64,000 nt of DNA from Minisyncoccota bacterium (GCA_025453495.1 JALOQM010000001.1:155161-219160), one strand, 5' to 3'. Positions 29,768 to 38,209 are shown, counted from the stretch's first letter. Numbers and translations are program-made. The notes: generated by a model from the letters alone, not told the origin.

Positions 29768-30385
29768 CTAGTTTATCTCTTCAACCTTAACCTCCCAATT
29801 TATTCCGCTGATAACCCGGATGTAATAACGGCCCGGAGCGATATTGCGGTATGTTGTCTGTCCTTCTCCTTGTTCGGATCCTTCGGTTGAGATGGAAAGA
29901 CCAGGTCCAATATAGCCGCCGTTTTCCTTTTCTAGGCTTATGCTCGAGAAACTGCCGACTGTTGAACCGGTAGTCGTTGCAGTAACGCGTACTTTCTTGC
30001 CCGTGATATTGAAAGACTCGGAATCTTGATTGCCTTTGCCTTTGAGTGAATACACTTCCGTGAAGACTTCCTCTTGAGGTGCGGATTTTTCGCTCGTTCC
30101 AGATTGAGAATCAATTACTTGGCGGGCTTCATCTATTGAACCTGATACGATTAGGCCTCCAATGATGAGAATGGCCGCGATGACGAATCGCGCCATGCCG
30201 GAGAAATTGATCTTGAGATATTTCTTGGTGAGCGTGTTGACGATTGGCAATAAAATGACTCCGGCGATGACGACGGCGACATGACCACTCGCAAGACCTG
30301 CGATGATAGTAAGTACGCCAAGGACCCAGAGAACAATTGAACCTGCTGAGACTGATTTAACGGTCTCGTTGTTTTCGTTATGCAT
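29768..30385 (-). CDS. Membrane protein with extracytoplasmic beta domain
   Basis: Three TM segments, then GKGNQDSESFNI...PGRYYIRV..NWEVKVEE. Confidence 0.75.
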   Translation of the reverse strand: MHNENNETVKSVSAGSIVLWVLGVLTIIAGLASGHVAVVIAGVILLPIVNTLTKKYLKINFSGMARFVIAAILIIGGLIVSGSIDEARQVIDSQSGTSEKSAPQEEVFTEVYSLKGKGNQDSESFNITGKKVRVTATTTGSTVGSFSSISLEKENGGYIGPGLSISTEGSEQGEGQTTYRNIAPGRYYIRVISGINWEVKVEEIN

Positions 30386-30390
30386 ATTTT

Positions 30391-30530
30391 TCTAGCGGGT
30401 TTTTAATTTGGCGGGAATAACAAAAGACTCCCCGCCATCGCGATGGAAACCTTTCGGCCCCACCCGTACCCGTTTCCAGGTACGACCCGCTAGAGTGACT
30501 CTGACGAGGAGTCTTTTATTCTCTAGCGGG
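30391..30530 (-). ncRNA. Structured leader RNA with C4/CI antisense-like layout (candidate)
   Basis: Closing stem 30422-30437/30502-30517, internal hairpins incl. GAAA tetraloop; internal UCUAGCGGG complementary to copies at 30521-30530 and 30391-30399. Confidence 0.6.
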
Positions 30531-30708
30531 ATTTTCGACCATATCCTTGGCGCAAACCAAGGGGTTAGGTCTCCTATTAAGTTGTAAAGCGATTATACCC
30601 TTTTTATAGGGTCGTCGCATCCTAGCTCGGATTAGGGAGTTTGTGTAGCGTACTTACCAACAAAGTGGATTAAGCGGACTGGACTTCGTAGGCCTTCTGA
30701 GTCATCCA

Positions 30709-31035
30709 TTGGGTGTGGATGATATCGAGGCGATCATAGACGCCGCCAAGCATTTCAAATACGAGGAAACCGAAACTGCCTATGCCTTTAATCGAATCTC
30801 GCAACTTGCTGACTCGAAATCAAATCTGAAACGAGCGATCAAAGAGCGCGTTCGGCTTTTGTATGCCGCGTATATCTCTTTGGCTTCCTTTATTCCCGAC
30901 GAGGATGTCGACTACATGCTTGGGTTATACGGAAGGCGTACACAAAAGCGATCCGCTAGAATTGTGGCGCGGGTGATGAAAGAGATGGAGGTGCTTGAAA
31001 AAGAAATTCGGAAGTTTAATCCTTTATCTAATTAA
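30709..31035 (+). CDS. Hypothetical protein
   Basis: 108-aa ORF preceded by a motif shared with the recombinase upstream region. Confidence 0.55.
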   Translation: MGVDDIEAIIDAAKHFKYEETETAYAFNRISQLADSKSNLKRAIKERVRLLYAAYISLASFIPDEDVDYMLGLYGRRTQKRSARIVARVMKEMEVLEKEIRKFNPLSN

Positions 31036-31060
31036 AATTTGAAATTAATACTCCTTCATT

Positions 31061-31945
31061 TTATATTCCCAAATCACCAAGGGCATCCTCCAGTAAAGGA
31101 ATGATGTCTTTGAAATACACCCTTAACTTTTTTAGGTCGTTAGCGCCATTTGCTCTTCTTTTAATATTTTCCCATTCTTTACGTAGTAAGTACTCATCTC
31201 CAGATAGATTGGTGAGGTTAAAAGACATCTTATCTATGATGTAACTTTTTTCTATTTTCTTATTTAGAAATATTACAGGATAATTTGAATCATCCCAGAA
31301 AAGGAGTTCGTAGGCTGTCGCCACCCCTTTCGAGCCGTTTACTCCCATAACAACTTCAGACCCCTGCGCAAAAAATCTATGTTCAAAATCCTCCCACATT
31401 GCTGGGGTAAATGATTTTGAATCCATTTCTTGCAAGAGTACATTTTCTATAAAGGATGAGAGAGTTTGATAAGCAAAAGTCACTAGTTTTTCGTCTCTTT
31501 TATCATCGGGATTTTTATCTGCGTGAAATAGATTATTTCTGACTTCATACCAGAACTCCACAACATTCATAAAGTCATTCTCGTCAGCAATTTTACCTTG
31601 ATTATCTAGACCGGCTCTGTGATGATAACTCGCATTATTCCACCAACCATTTCCAGTTGTCATCGGTTCTCTTTGTAGGTAGTTGATGAGGTCTATCAAT
31701 CTTTCTTTGTAATCTGGCTCACCATTTATAAAAGCAGTCCATCTTGCTTGATATGTCTCATCGTTTTTGAAATGTTGTATATACGAGCGTTCTTTTGTAT
31801 TCCCAGAAGCTACCTCGATGTCTTGTTTGGAATATTTATATTTTTTCAAAAAAGCTTCAAAGGCGAGATACTCAAAAACATATCGAGAAAAATAATCTTC
31901 TTTCGCCTTTTCGTGCCAATTTCTTATAAGGGAGATATCTGTCAT
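31061..31945 (-). CDS. HEPN-motif protein (candidate RNase/defence effector)
   Basis: YLAFEA N-terminal helix and VRNNLFHA Rx4H motif; AT-rich. Confidence 0.6.
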   Translation of the reverse strand: MTDISLIRNWHEKAKEDYFSRYVFEYLAFEAFLKKYKYSKQDIEVASGNTKERSYIQHFKNDETYQARWTAFINGEPDYKERLIDLINYLQREPMTTGNGWWNNASYHHRAGLDNQGKIADENDFMNVVEFWYEVRNNLFHADKNPDDKRDEKLVTFAYQTLSSFIENVLLQEMDSKSFTPAMWEDFEHRFFAQGSEVVMGVNGSKGVATAYELLFWDDSNYPVIFLNKKIEKSYIIDKMSFNLTNLSGDEYLLRKEWENIKRRANGANDLKKLRVYFKDIIPLLEDALGDLGI

Positions 31946-32106
31946 GTAAGTTGATCGCTTTAAGCATTCGCAAGGCAACTATATCATGCGTAGACAGGAC
32001 TAAAAAGACGATGGAATTTCTTGATTTTTAGGCATTTCGGTTACCAACAGCTACCACTCGGGACGCTCTGGACTCCTAAAAGGCATTGCGTCATTCATGT
32101 AGGTGT

Positions 32107-33438
32107 ATGAACTATACACAAACACAAGCGCCATTAGGGACGACGGCCAAAGTAGTCGTTCCAATCAAAATGAAATACTGCCTTTATGCGAGAAAGTCGA
32201 CAGAGTCGGAAGAGCGGCAGGTACTCAGTATCGACAGTCAAATCAAGGAGATGCTCCAATTAGCAGAGCGCGAAGGACTTGAGATCGTGACGATGAAGCG
32301 CGAAAGCCACTCTGCCAAGGAAACAGGCCAGCGGCCGGTCTTCAACGAGATAATACAGGAACTACATCAAGGAAAGTTCAACGGTATCCTGACATGGGCA
32401 CCAGATCGCATAAGCAGAAATGCTGGCGACCTGGGCAAGATCGTCGACCTCATGGATGCAGGAAAATTACACCAGATACGCACCTTCGGACAGACGTTCG
32501 GCAACAATCCAAATGAGAAATTCCTGCTCATGATTTTAGGCTCGCAGGCCAAGCTCGAAAACGACAACCGAGGCATTAATGTCAAACGTGGGCTGCGAAC
32601 CCGGGTAGAGATGGGCTTATGGCCGGGCATGGCACCGCTCGGCTACCTAAATCAGAAGATGCTCGACAGGAAGTGCCAGATCGCCGTCGATCCCGACCGC
32701 GCCCCGATCGTTCGCAAAATGTTCGAAAAAGTAGCATATGAAGGATGGAGTGGACGGAAGGTCTACAACTGGCTTAGATTTGATCTGAACTTCCATACCA
32801 GAGGCAACAGGCCGCTGACGCTCTCGGGAGTGTATCGAATATTCAATATGCCAATCTATTACGGACCATTTGAATACCCGAGAGACTCCGGCAATTGGTA
32901 CGACGGCAAGCATGAGCCGATCATAACTAAGGAGTTATATGAAAAAGCGCAGGAACAGCTCAAACGTGACAAGATCGTCCGAGAGAATCGAGAGTTTGCA
33001 TTCACTAAGCTATTTACCTGCGGTATGTGTGGCTCAGGCATATCGGCACAGGAGAAATACAAGGAACTGAAAGATGGCACGAATGCCAAGTACGTCTACT
33101 ACTCATGCTCGAAAGCGCGAGACCGAAACTGCAAAAACAAGTATATTCGTGAGGAAGAACTGATCGAGGAGCTACTTAAGATCATCGACAAACTAAACAT
33201 TAATGAATTAGGGATGAGAATGAAGCTTGAGGAGGAAATCAAGCGATTCAATAGACTTCAGAGGCTTGCAACGAAAGGAACGCCCAAGTACAACATCAAC
33301 GAAGATGACGTGAATACAAGAGAGTATGCCAAGTATGTGCTACGAGAAGGAACGCCACTTGAGAAGCGAGAGTTGATGGGTCATCTGAGGAGTAGACTGT
33401 TGCTGAAGGACAAGAAGATTACGCTACTTGATCAATAA
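32107..33438 (+). CDS. Large serine recombinase (resolvase + recombinase + zinc ribbon)
   Basis: YARKS catalytic Ser, SIDSQ, RPVF, DRISRN, APLGY, GKHEPII, CGMCG..YYSC..C. Confidence 0.95.
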   Translation: MNYTQTQAPLGTTAKVVVPIKMKYCLYARKSTESEERQVLSIDSQIKEMLQLAEREGLEIVTMKRESHSAKETGQRPVFNEIIQELHQGKFNGILTWAPDRISRNAGDLGKIVDLMDAGKLHQIRTFGQTFGNNPNEKFLLMILGSQAKLENDNRGINVKRGLRTRVEMGLWPGMAPLGYLNQKMLDRKCQIAVDPDRAPIVRKMFEKVAYEGWSGRKVYNWLRFDLNFHTRGNRPLTLSGVYRIFNMPIYYGPFEYPRDSGNWYDGKHEPIITKELYEKAQEQLKRDKIVRENREFAFTKLFTCGMCGSGISAQEKYKELKDGTNAKYVYYSCSKARDRNCKNKYIREEELIEELLKIIDKLNINELGMRMKLEEEIKRFNRLQRLATKGTPKYNINEDDVNTREYAKYVLREGTPLEKRELMGHLRSRLLLKDKKITLLDQ

Positions 33439-34420
33439 AATAAGCTTTAAACTCATCCGAGTAGAAGGTAAATTCATTGTAGCTCTCAGCAAACTTTTTA
33501 TTTGTAACATACACGTCCATTGGTTGAGCGTTTGTGTCTATAACAACACAATTAGCTTGATTATTTGTAATAAATGGGAGCTTTCTGCTGTTCCATGCAT
33601 CATATGCAAGGTGTTCTGAATCCGCATTACCAAAGAGTGTAAGCTTGGGCTTAAGCACATCAAGAAAATCATATGACCTGTCTGATTTTCGTCCATGGTG
33701 AGGAGCGATAAGTACGTCAATATCTTTTACATCATCACTATGGTTTTTGAGAATATGATCCCATGTTTTATCGTGGGAATCTCCAGCAAGAAGAATTTTG
33801 CCACCCTTTGAACGGTACAAGATGACATAGGAAGAATCATTATAATCCTCTGCGTCATTTCCTTCTTCAACCAACTTCTTAGTCGGAGATAGGATATATA
33901 ATCCGTCGCCACCACCTTTGCCATTCTCATCATGATTATAATGATGACCTCTTGACCCAGAATAAAGAACGAGTCGTCGAGGGTCACTTTGCGGGTTTTC
34001 ATCACGCATCTTCTTGTAAAACTCCCAATCTTCTGGATCATAAGGGCTACCTTCTTCAAATTCCTTTTCGCATGTATTGTCTGTATCCCAAAAGTTCTGA
34101 GGTTTAAAAATATCAAATAAGACCTTGATCCCTGACATATGATCCATGTCGGGGTGTGTCAAAATAAATCTAAAAACTTTATCCACGCCAAATTCCTTTA
34201 AGTATCTTATTGGATTTACGGGCAATGACTTCTGATTGAAATTACCAGAAACACTTAGTGTTTCAACAACTGCCTCTCTAACGATTTTTTTGAGCTCGTA
34301 GTTCTTTTCATCAGCAATTGCGCTACCGTTACAGATATCGAAAACACTTACATGTCCTGAGGGGTGTTGAATAATCGAGCAATCACCATTCTTAACATTT
34401 AAAAAGTGAAATACTCCCAT
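33419..34420 (-). CDS. ComEC/Rec2-like metallo-beta-lactamase-fold hydrolase
   Basis: LNVKNGDC, THPDMDHMSG, NDSS, LAGD, APHHG. Confidence 0.88.
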   Translation of the reverse strand: MGVFHFLNVKNGDCSIIQHPSGHVSVFDICNGSAIADEKNYELKKIVREAVVETLSVSGNFNQKSLPVNPIRYLKEFGVDKVFRFILTHPDMDHMSGIKVLFDIFKPQNFWDTDNTCEKEFEEGSPYDPEDWEFYKKMRDENPQSDPRRLVLYSGSRGHHYNHDENGKGGGDGLYILSPTKKLVEEGNDAEDYNDSSYVILYRSKGGKILLAGDSHDKTWDHILKNHSDDVKDIDVLIAPHHGRKSDRSYDFLDVLKPKLTLFGNADSEHLAYDAWNSRKLPFITNNQANCVVIDTNAQPMDVYVTNKKFAESYNEFTFYSDEFKAYFIDQVA

Positions 34421-34425
34421 AGTTT

Positions 34426-35121
34426 TTATTTACCTACATATTCTTGAAAAAGAGAGCGAGCGTATCTCTTTCCGTGATTATGAATTAGTTTTTTATTCAA
34501 AAGCATCAGGAACAGATACGCCAGTGCCATGGCAAGTGAAAGATAGTATGCCGCATGGATGTCTTTAACTAGAGAGAATACAAACATGTTTATAATAGAG
34601 ACAAATACAGAAATAACCGAACATCCGATCAAGTTTCTTATAAACCCGTATTCAATATTTCTCGACAGCAATAGTCGACCATCTTTCAGCGAATGACGAA
34701 TAAGCGTTACTGCTTCAGCAATCGCTTTTCTTGCCTCGGTTTCGTTTCGGATCTCTTCATCGGGAATAAAAATTTGGATGTTATAGTCAACCTTTATTTT
34801 GTCATGAATTTTTTGCTTGAATTGTAGCGTGTACTCACTGTTAGAATGTAAGAGAAAATCTGTTGTGGGCATTCTAGTCTCATCTCGACTAAACCAAGTT
34901 GACTCATAGAGGTCTTTACCTATAGATCTTCCAATAAATGAAAGTAGTATTAGAAAGACAACGGGGGTGGATATGTCGCCGACCCAGCTCACTCCAAAAA
35001 TTAGTTTGAAGAAACCAGACAAATGGTCGTTGAGGAAAAAGAAATAAAGAACTAGAAAAGGAAAGGATGCGAGTATTGCAGGAAGGATTCTTGCCTGAAT
35101 TGTATATTGGTTGAGTTTCAT
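34426..35121 (-). CDS. 4-TM membrane protein (candidate defence effector)
   Basis: YTIQARILPA N-terminus, NIEYGFIRN motif, two TM pairs. Confidence 0.7.
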   Translation of the reverse strand: MKLNQYTIQARILPAILASFPFLVLYFFFLNDHLSGFFKLIFGVSWVGDISTPVVFLILLSFIGRSIGKDLYESTWFSRDETRMPTTDFLLHSNSEYTLQFKQKIHDKIKVDYNIQIFIPDEEIRNETEARKAIAEAVTLIRHSLKDGRLLLSRNIEYGFIRNLIGCSVISVFVSIINMFVFSLVKDIHAAYYLSLAMALAYLFLMLLNKKLIHNHGKRYARSLFQEYVGK

Positions 35122-35123
35122 AT

Positions 35124-36179
35124 TTATTCTTCTACATAATCATGGAATGGCTCCTGTACTGCAGGACCCCATCCTTGTCGGGTGGGAGCGAGATGTGGAT
35201 GACAAAGCGTCATATTTTTAGTTACATATACAAGTGCGCCATACTTTTTGAGTCCGTTGATGACCTTCTTCGATGGGTGTTTATCTGAGTTTTGAGGCGC
35301 AGAAATCGAAGCTATTACTCCGTTTATCCTTTTGAGAACTTTACTACTCATATTTCGCTTACTGCCATGATGAGGAACATCGAGCAGATTTAGTCCTGTG
35401 AGAACTATACCCTTGGTGTCTGCGTAGTCTGCAGCCAGATGGAGTGCCGTTTTACCTGCATCTCCAGTGAAAAGGATCTTATGTCCGTCTATGTTCAAAA
35501 AGACAATTGCACTTGAATTATTTTCTGCGGAGGTTGAATCCGTGTCATCATCAAGAAGATCGATGTGGATAAAATCCTGAATTTTCTTTGCAACGGTCTC
35601 GATCGCTCTTACAGCGGGCGCTAAAAATCCCAAGGCGGCAACAGGCTCTGGGGTAGAACGGAAATGAGCAAGAAGACCCTGATAATATTCCTTCGATGGA
35701 CCAAGTACGTGCAGTGCATCATTGAATCCAGTAACACCCTGAAACGGTTCAACGATTTGGACACCTTTCTTCTTTGCAATTGCCTCAAGATCACTCGCAT
35801 GTTGCAGAGCTTTTTCCAATTTATCACTCAAGCCAGAGGATGTGATACGCCCGTTAACGAAATGCTTTTTAATATCTTCTGCATGTTCCCATGGCCTGTG
35901 CATAGCTAGAGTAGTTACATTGAGTTTTTCTAGGACAACAGTGAGTCCAGACGCGTGATCGGCATCAGGATGGGTACAGAATACAACGTCGACAATTTCT
36001 GTGCCGTAGTATGTTTTGATGTGATTAACAAGTGTCTCTCCAGACTCTTTTGTTCCTCCGTCGATTACGATAACAGTTTGCTCTGTTCTTGGGCCTGTCA
36101 GGTTTCCGAAGCGAAGTGCGATAGCGTCGCCTCCTTTTTCTCCTTCTCCTACAGGAATGTAGTCAATTTCATAAGCCAT
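35124..36179 (-). CDS. ComEC/Rec2-like metallo-beta-lactamase-fold hydrolase
   Basis: GDAI, VIDGG, THPDADHASG, NNSS, FTGDAG, VPHHGS, HPS. Confidence 0.9.
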   Translation of the reverse strand: MAYEIDYIPVGEGEKGGDAIALRFGNLTGPRTEQTVIVIDGGTKESGETLVNHIKTYYGTEIVDVVFCTHPDADHASGLTVVLEKLNVTTLAMHRPWEHAEDIKKHFVNGRITSSGLSDKLEKALQHASDLEAIAKKKGVQIVEPFQGVTGFNDALHVLGPSKEYYQGLLAHFRSTPEPVAALGFLAPAVRAIETVAKKIQDFIHIDLLDDDTDSTSAENNSSAIVFLNIDGHKILFTGDAGKTALHLAADYADTKGIVLTGLNLLDVPHHGSKRNMSSKVLKRINGVIASISAPQNSDKHPSKKVINGLKKYGALVYVTKNMTLCHPHLAPTRQGWGPAVQEPFHDYVEE

Positions 36180-36191
36180 ATAAAGTTAGTG

Positions 36192-36812
36192 CTAAAATTT
36201 TGGTAATACTGACACGACAACTCCTTGGATATGAAAATCATCCGTAAGAATTATTGGCTGATGAGTGGGGTTTGTCGATTTTGGCTTCAGCATTACAAAA
36301 TCACCTTGAGGATGATACTCCTTAACGGTAGCGTCATCATCTATAAGAGCTACGACTTTTTGACCAGGATCAGCTGAGGACTGTTGCTTCACCAGAAGCA
36401 AGTCTCCGTCGTTGATGCCAGCTTTATTCATAGAGTCGCCATTTGCACGAAGTAGGAAGTACTTTGATCCTGGCTTCACCATACTTACAGAAACTGGGAT
36501 CATAGCTTCGACATTTTCTTCGGCAAGCATAGGCGCGCCACAGGATACACTTCCAATCAAGGGAAGCGAGATGGTTCGGGCCACGATACCTTCTCTTAGG
36601 TCTTTAATGAACTGAAGGGTGCCGTCGGTCTTTTTCTTTAGAAATCCTCCAGACTCAAGTTCTTCGAGAAGCAACATCGCTGATCGAGGAGACTTATAAT
36701 CCAAAGCATCCATCAGCTTTCTGACAGAGGGAACCTTTCCGAAATGCATCACGTTGTTGCGGATGAACTTCAGGGCTTCACGTGCTTTTTGGCTTAACTC
36801 TTTGTCACTCAT
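36192..36812 (-). CDS. lexA: LexA-like S24 autopeptidase repressor
   Basis: Winged HTH (PSVRKL..YKSPRS), VSCGAP cleavage loop, GDSM Ser, TVK Lys; element-borne copy. Confidence 0.85.
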   Translation of the reverse strand: MSDKELSQKAREALKFIRNNVMHFGKVPSVRKLMDALDYKSPRSAMLLLEELESGGFLKKKTDGTLQFIKDLREGIVARTISLPLIGSVSCGAPMLAEENVEAMIPVSVSMVKPGSKYFLLRANGDSMNKAGINDGDLLLVKQQSSADPGQKVVALIDDDATVKEYHPQGDFVMLKPKSTNPTHQPIILTDDFHIQGVVVSVLPKF

Positions 36813-36849
36813 GATACAAAGTGTATCATACTGTATACTTAAAAGTCAA
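36811..36849 (-). promoter_or_regulatory. Promoter and palindromic operator of the lexA operon
   Basis: TTGACT -35, TACACT -10 7 nt before ATG; palindrome ATGATACA-aag-TGTATCAT 36811-36829. Confidence 0.6.
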
Positions 36850-36900
36850 TAACGTAAAAGAGCGACACTGATCGCTCTTTTTGCTACAACCATGAAGCCT

Positions 36901-36960
36901 TGTGGGTCGCGCTACCTCCTTAGGCAGTCGGGATACAAAACTAACAGGTTGTCAATGCGG
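36901..36960. repeat. Left-arm-only junction abutting the tRNA-Ser 3' end (attL/attR-like)
   Basis: GGGTCGC 36904, TCGGG 36928, TAACAG 36942, TGCGG 36956: same +24/+38/+52 register as R4. Confidence 0.85.
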
Positions 36961-37044
36961 AGGAGGTGAGATTCGAACTCACGGACCACGTAAATGGTCT
37001 CCTGTTTTCAAGACAGGTGCCTTCAACCACTCAGCCACTCCTCC
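36958..37044 (-). tRNA. tRNA-Ser(UGA)
   Basis: GGAGGAG..CCTGT CT TGA AA ACAGG, long variable arm, GTTCGAATC, CTCCTCC G. Confidence 0.95.
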
Positions 37045-37063
37045 GTATAGGCAGAGCTTAACA

Positions 37064-37105
37064 GAAAACCCCCTTGAAATCAAAGCTGATTTCAAGGGGG
37101 TTTTC
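37064..37105. terminator. Intrinsic terminator-like hairpin
   Basis: GAAAACCCCCTTGAAATC..GATTTCAAGGGGGTTTTC inverted repeat. Confidence 0.7.
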
Positions 37106-37113
37106 TTAGGGGT

Positions 37114-37377
37114 TTATTTTGTCACTTTTTCGACGTCATGTTCAAGCTTCTTTGCAGTGCCTTTCAGATCATGTTTTATATCTTTGATCTGCTTTTTTGC
37201 AATGTAAAAGAGGTAAAAAATATCAAGAATCGCAAATGTATTTAGTATAAGAAGTGCGATAAACCAGACTTTATGTGAACGCTTTGCTGCTGTCCAGAGG
37301 GCATAGCCTTTCCATGGGAGTACCCACAAAATGATGAGCAAGGAAATAAGGGGACCGTATTGCATTAATGTATTCAT
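37114..37377 (-). CDS. DUF5652-like small membrane protein
   Basis: WVLPWKGYALWTAAKRSHKVWFIALLILNT motif; start moved to ATG 37377. Confidence 0.8.
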   Translation of the reverse strand: MNTLMQYGPLISLLIILWVLPWKGYALWTAAKRSHKVWFIALLILNTFAILDIFYLFYIAKKQIKDIKHDLKGTAKKLEHDVEKVTK

Positions 37378-37441
37378 GTCGACATGATAACAAAGGTAAG
37401 CACATAAGACAATAAAAGAAAACCTATGGTATTGTTTGTAT

Positions 37442-37867
37442 ATGCGACACCTCGGTATCGATTTTGGCTCAAAGCGGGTAGGTCTTGCGCTCTCAGATGA
37501 GAACGGTATGCTCGCATTTCCGCAGTCTATTTTGCAAAATGATCTGACACTTGTAGAACATATCACTACTTTGTGTAGAGATGCACATGTCGGTGAAATT
37601 GTCATTGGCGAATCTCTTGATAGTTCCGGTAGACCAAATCCGATCATGCAGGACGTGAAAGCATTTGCTGTAAAGATCGGGAAGGCGACTGGACTACCTA
37701 TAGTCTTCCAAAAAGAATACATGACCTCACTTGAGGCAAGGCGGCCGATCGATGGCAAAAAGGCATTGGTCGCGCGCAAGGAAAAGATCGAGCAGACACT
37801 GGCCGCTGACGCCAAAGCCGCCGCATTGATCCTGCAAAGGTATCTAGATAAAGTACATTTTGACTAA
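37442..37867 (+). CDS. ruvX: YqgF/RuvX pre-16S rRNA nuclease
   Basis: LGIDFGSKRVGLALSD, EYMTS, DAKAAALILQRYLD. Confidence 0.92.
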   Translation: MRHLGIDFGSKRVGLALSDENGMLAFPQSILQNDLTLVEHITTLCRDAHVGEIVIGESLDSSGRPNPIMQDVKAFAVKIGKATGLPIVFQKEYMTSLEARRPIDGKKALVARKEKIEQTLAADAKAAALILQRYLDKVHFD

Positions 37868-37885
37868 TCGCTAACACCTATTTCA

Positions 37886-38209
37886 ATGATCACCATAGAT
37901 GACTTCGCAAAAATAGAAATAAAGCTCGGGACAATTATCGAAGCTGATTTTGTGCCTGATGCAGATAAATTGCTTCGACTTAAGATAGATTTCGGTACTG
38001 AAGTACGCCAGATTGTCTCTGGTATCCGTGAGTATTATCCTGACCCATCGGCACTCATCGGCAAACAGATTCCGGTGCTTACCAATCTCGAACCGCGGAT
38101 GATCAAAGGACTTGAATCAAACGGCATGATTGTCGCCGCAGGTGATGAAGATGATTTCACACTGCTCGAATCGACGAAGAAGGTGACGAACGGCACTGCC
38201 GTCAGATAA
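37886..38209 (+). CDS. Free-standing tRNA-binding OB-fold (MetRS C-terminal/Trbp111/CsaA-like)
   Basis: ITIDDFAK, ADKLL, RQIVSGI, NLEPR..GLESNGM. Confidence 0.9.
   Translation: MITIDDFAKIEIKLGTIIEADFVPDADKLLRLKIDFGTEVRQIVSGIREYYPDPSALIGKQIPVLTNLEPRMIKGLESNGMIVAAGDEDDFTLLESTKKVTNGTAVR

Larger units (their letters stand above)
12447..36960. mobile_element. Composite tandem island/cassette array anchored at the 3' end of tRNA-Ser(UGA)
   Basis: Six conserved spacer sites plus the homologous arm at the tRNA; accessory cargo; large serine recombinase; uneven base composition. Confidence 0.75.
17106..36960. mobile_element. ~20-kb integrative element encoding a large serine recombinase
   Basis: Bounded by R6 and the tRNA-Ser arm; carries MTases, RHS toxin, recombinase, LexA operon; parts visibly GC-richer than the host. 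Confidence 0.75.

Noticed and set aside
33419-36179. Competence gene comEC or metallo-beta-lactamase resistance genes
   Set aside because: Only the soluble MBL domain is present, without the competence membrane domain or a signal peptide, and in a mobile-element context.
17106-36960. Prophage or conjugative element
   Set aside because: No recognisable capsid, portal, large terminase, tail, relaxase or T4SS genes.
37802-37825. REP-like match GCCGCTGACGCCAAAGC inside ruvX
   Set aside because: Explained by the conserved D..AA coding motif; no symmetric hairpin.
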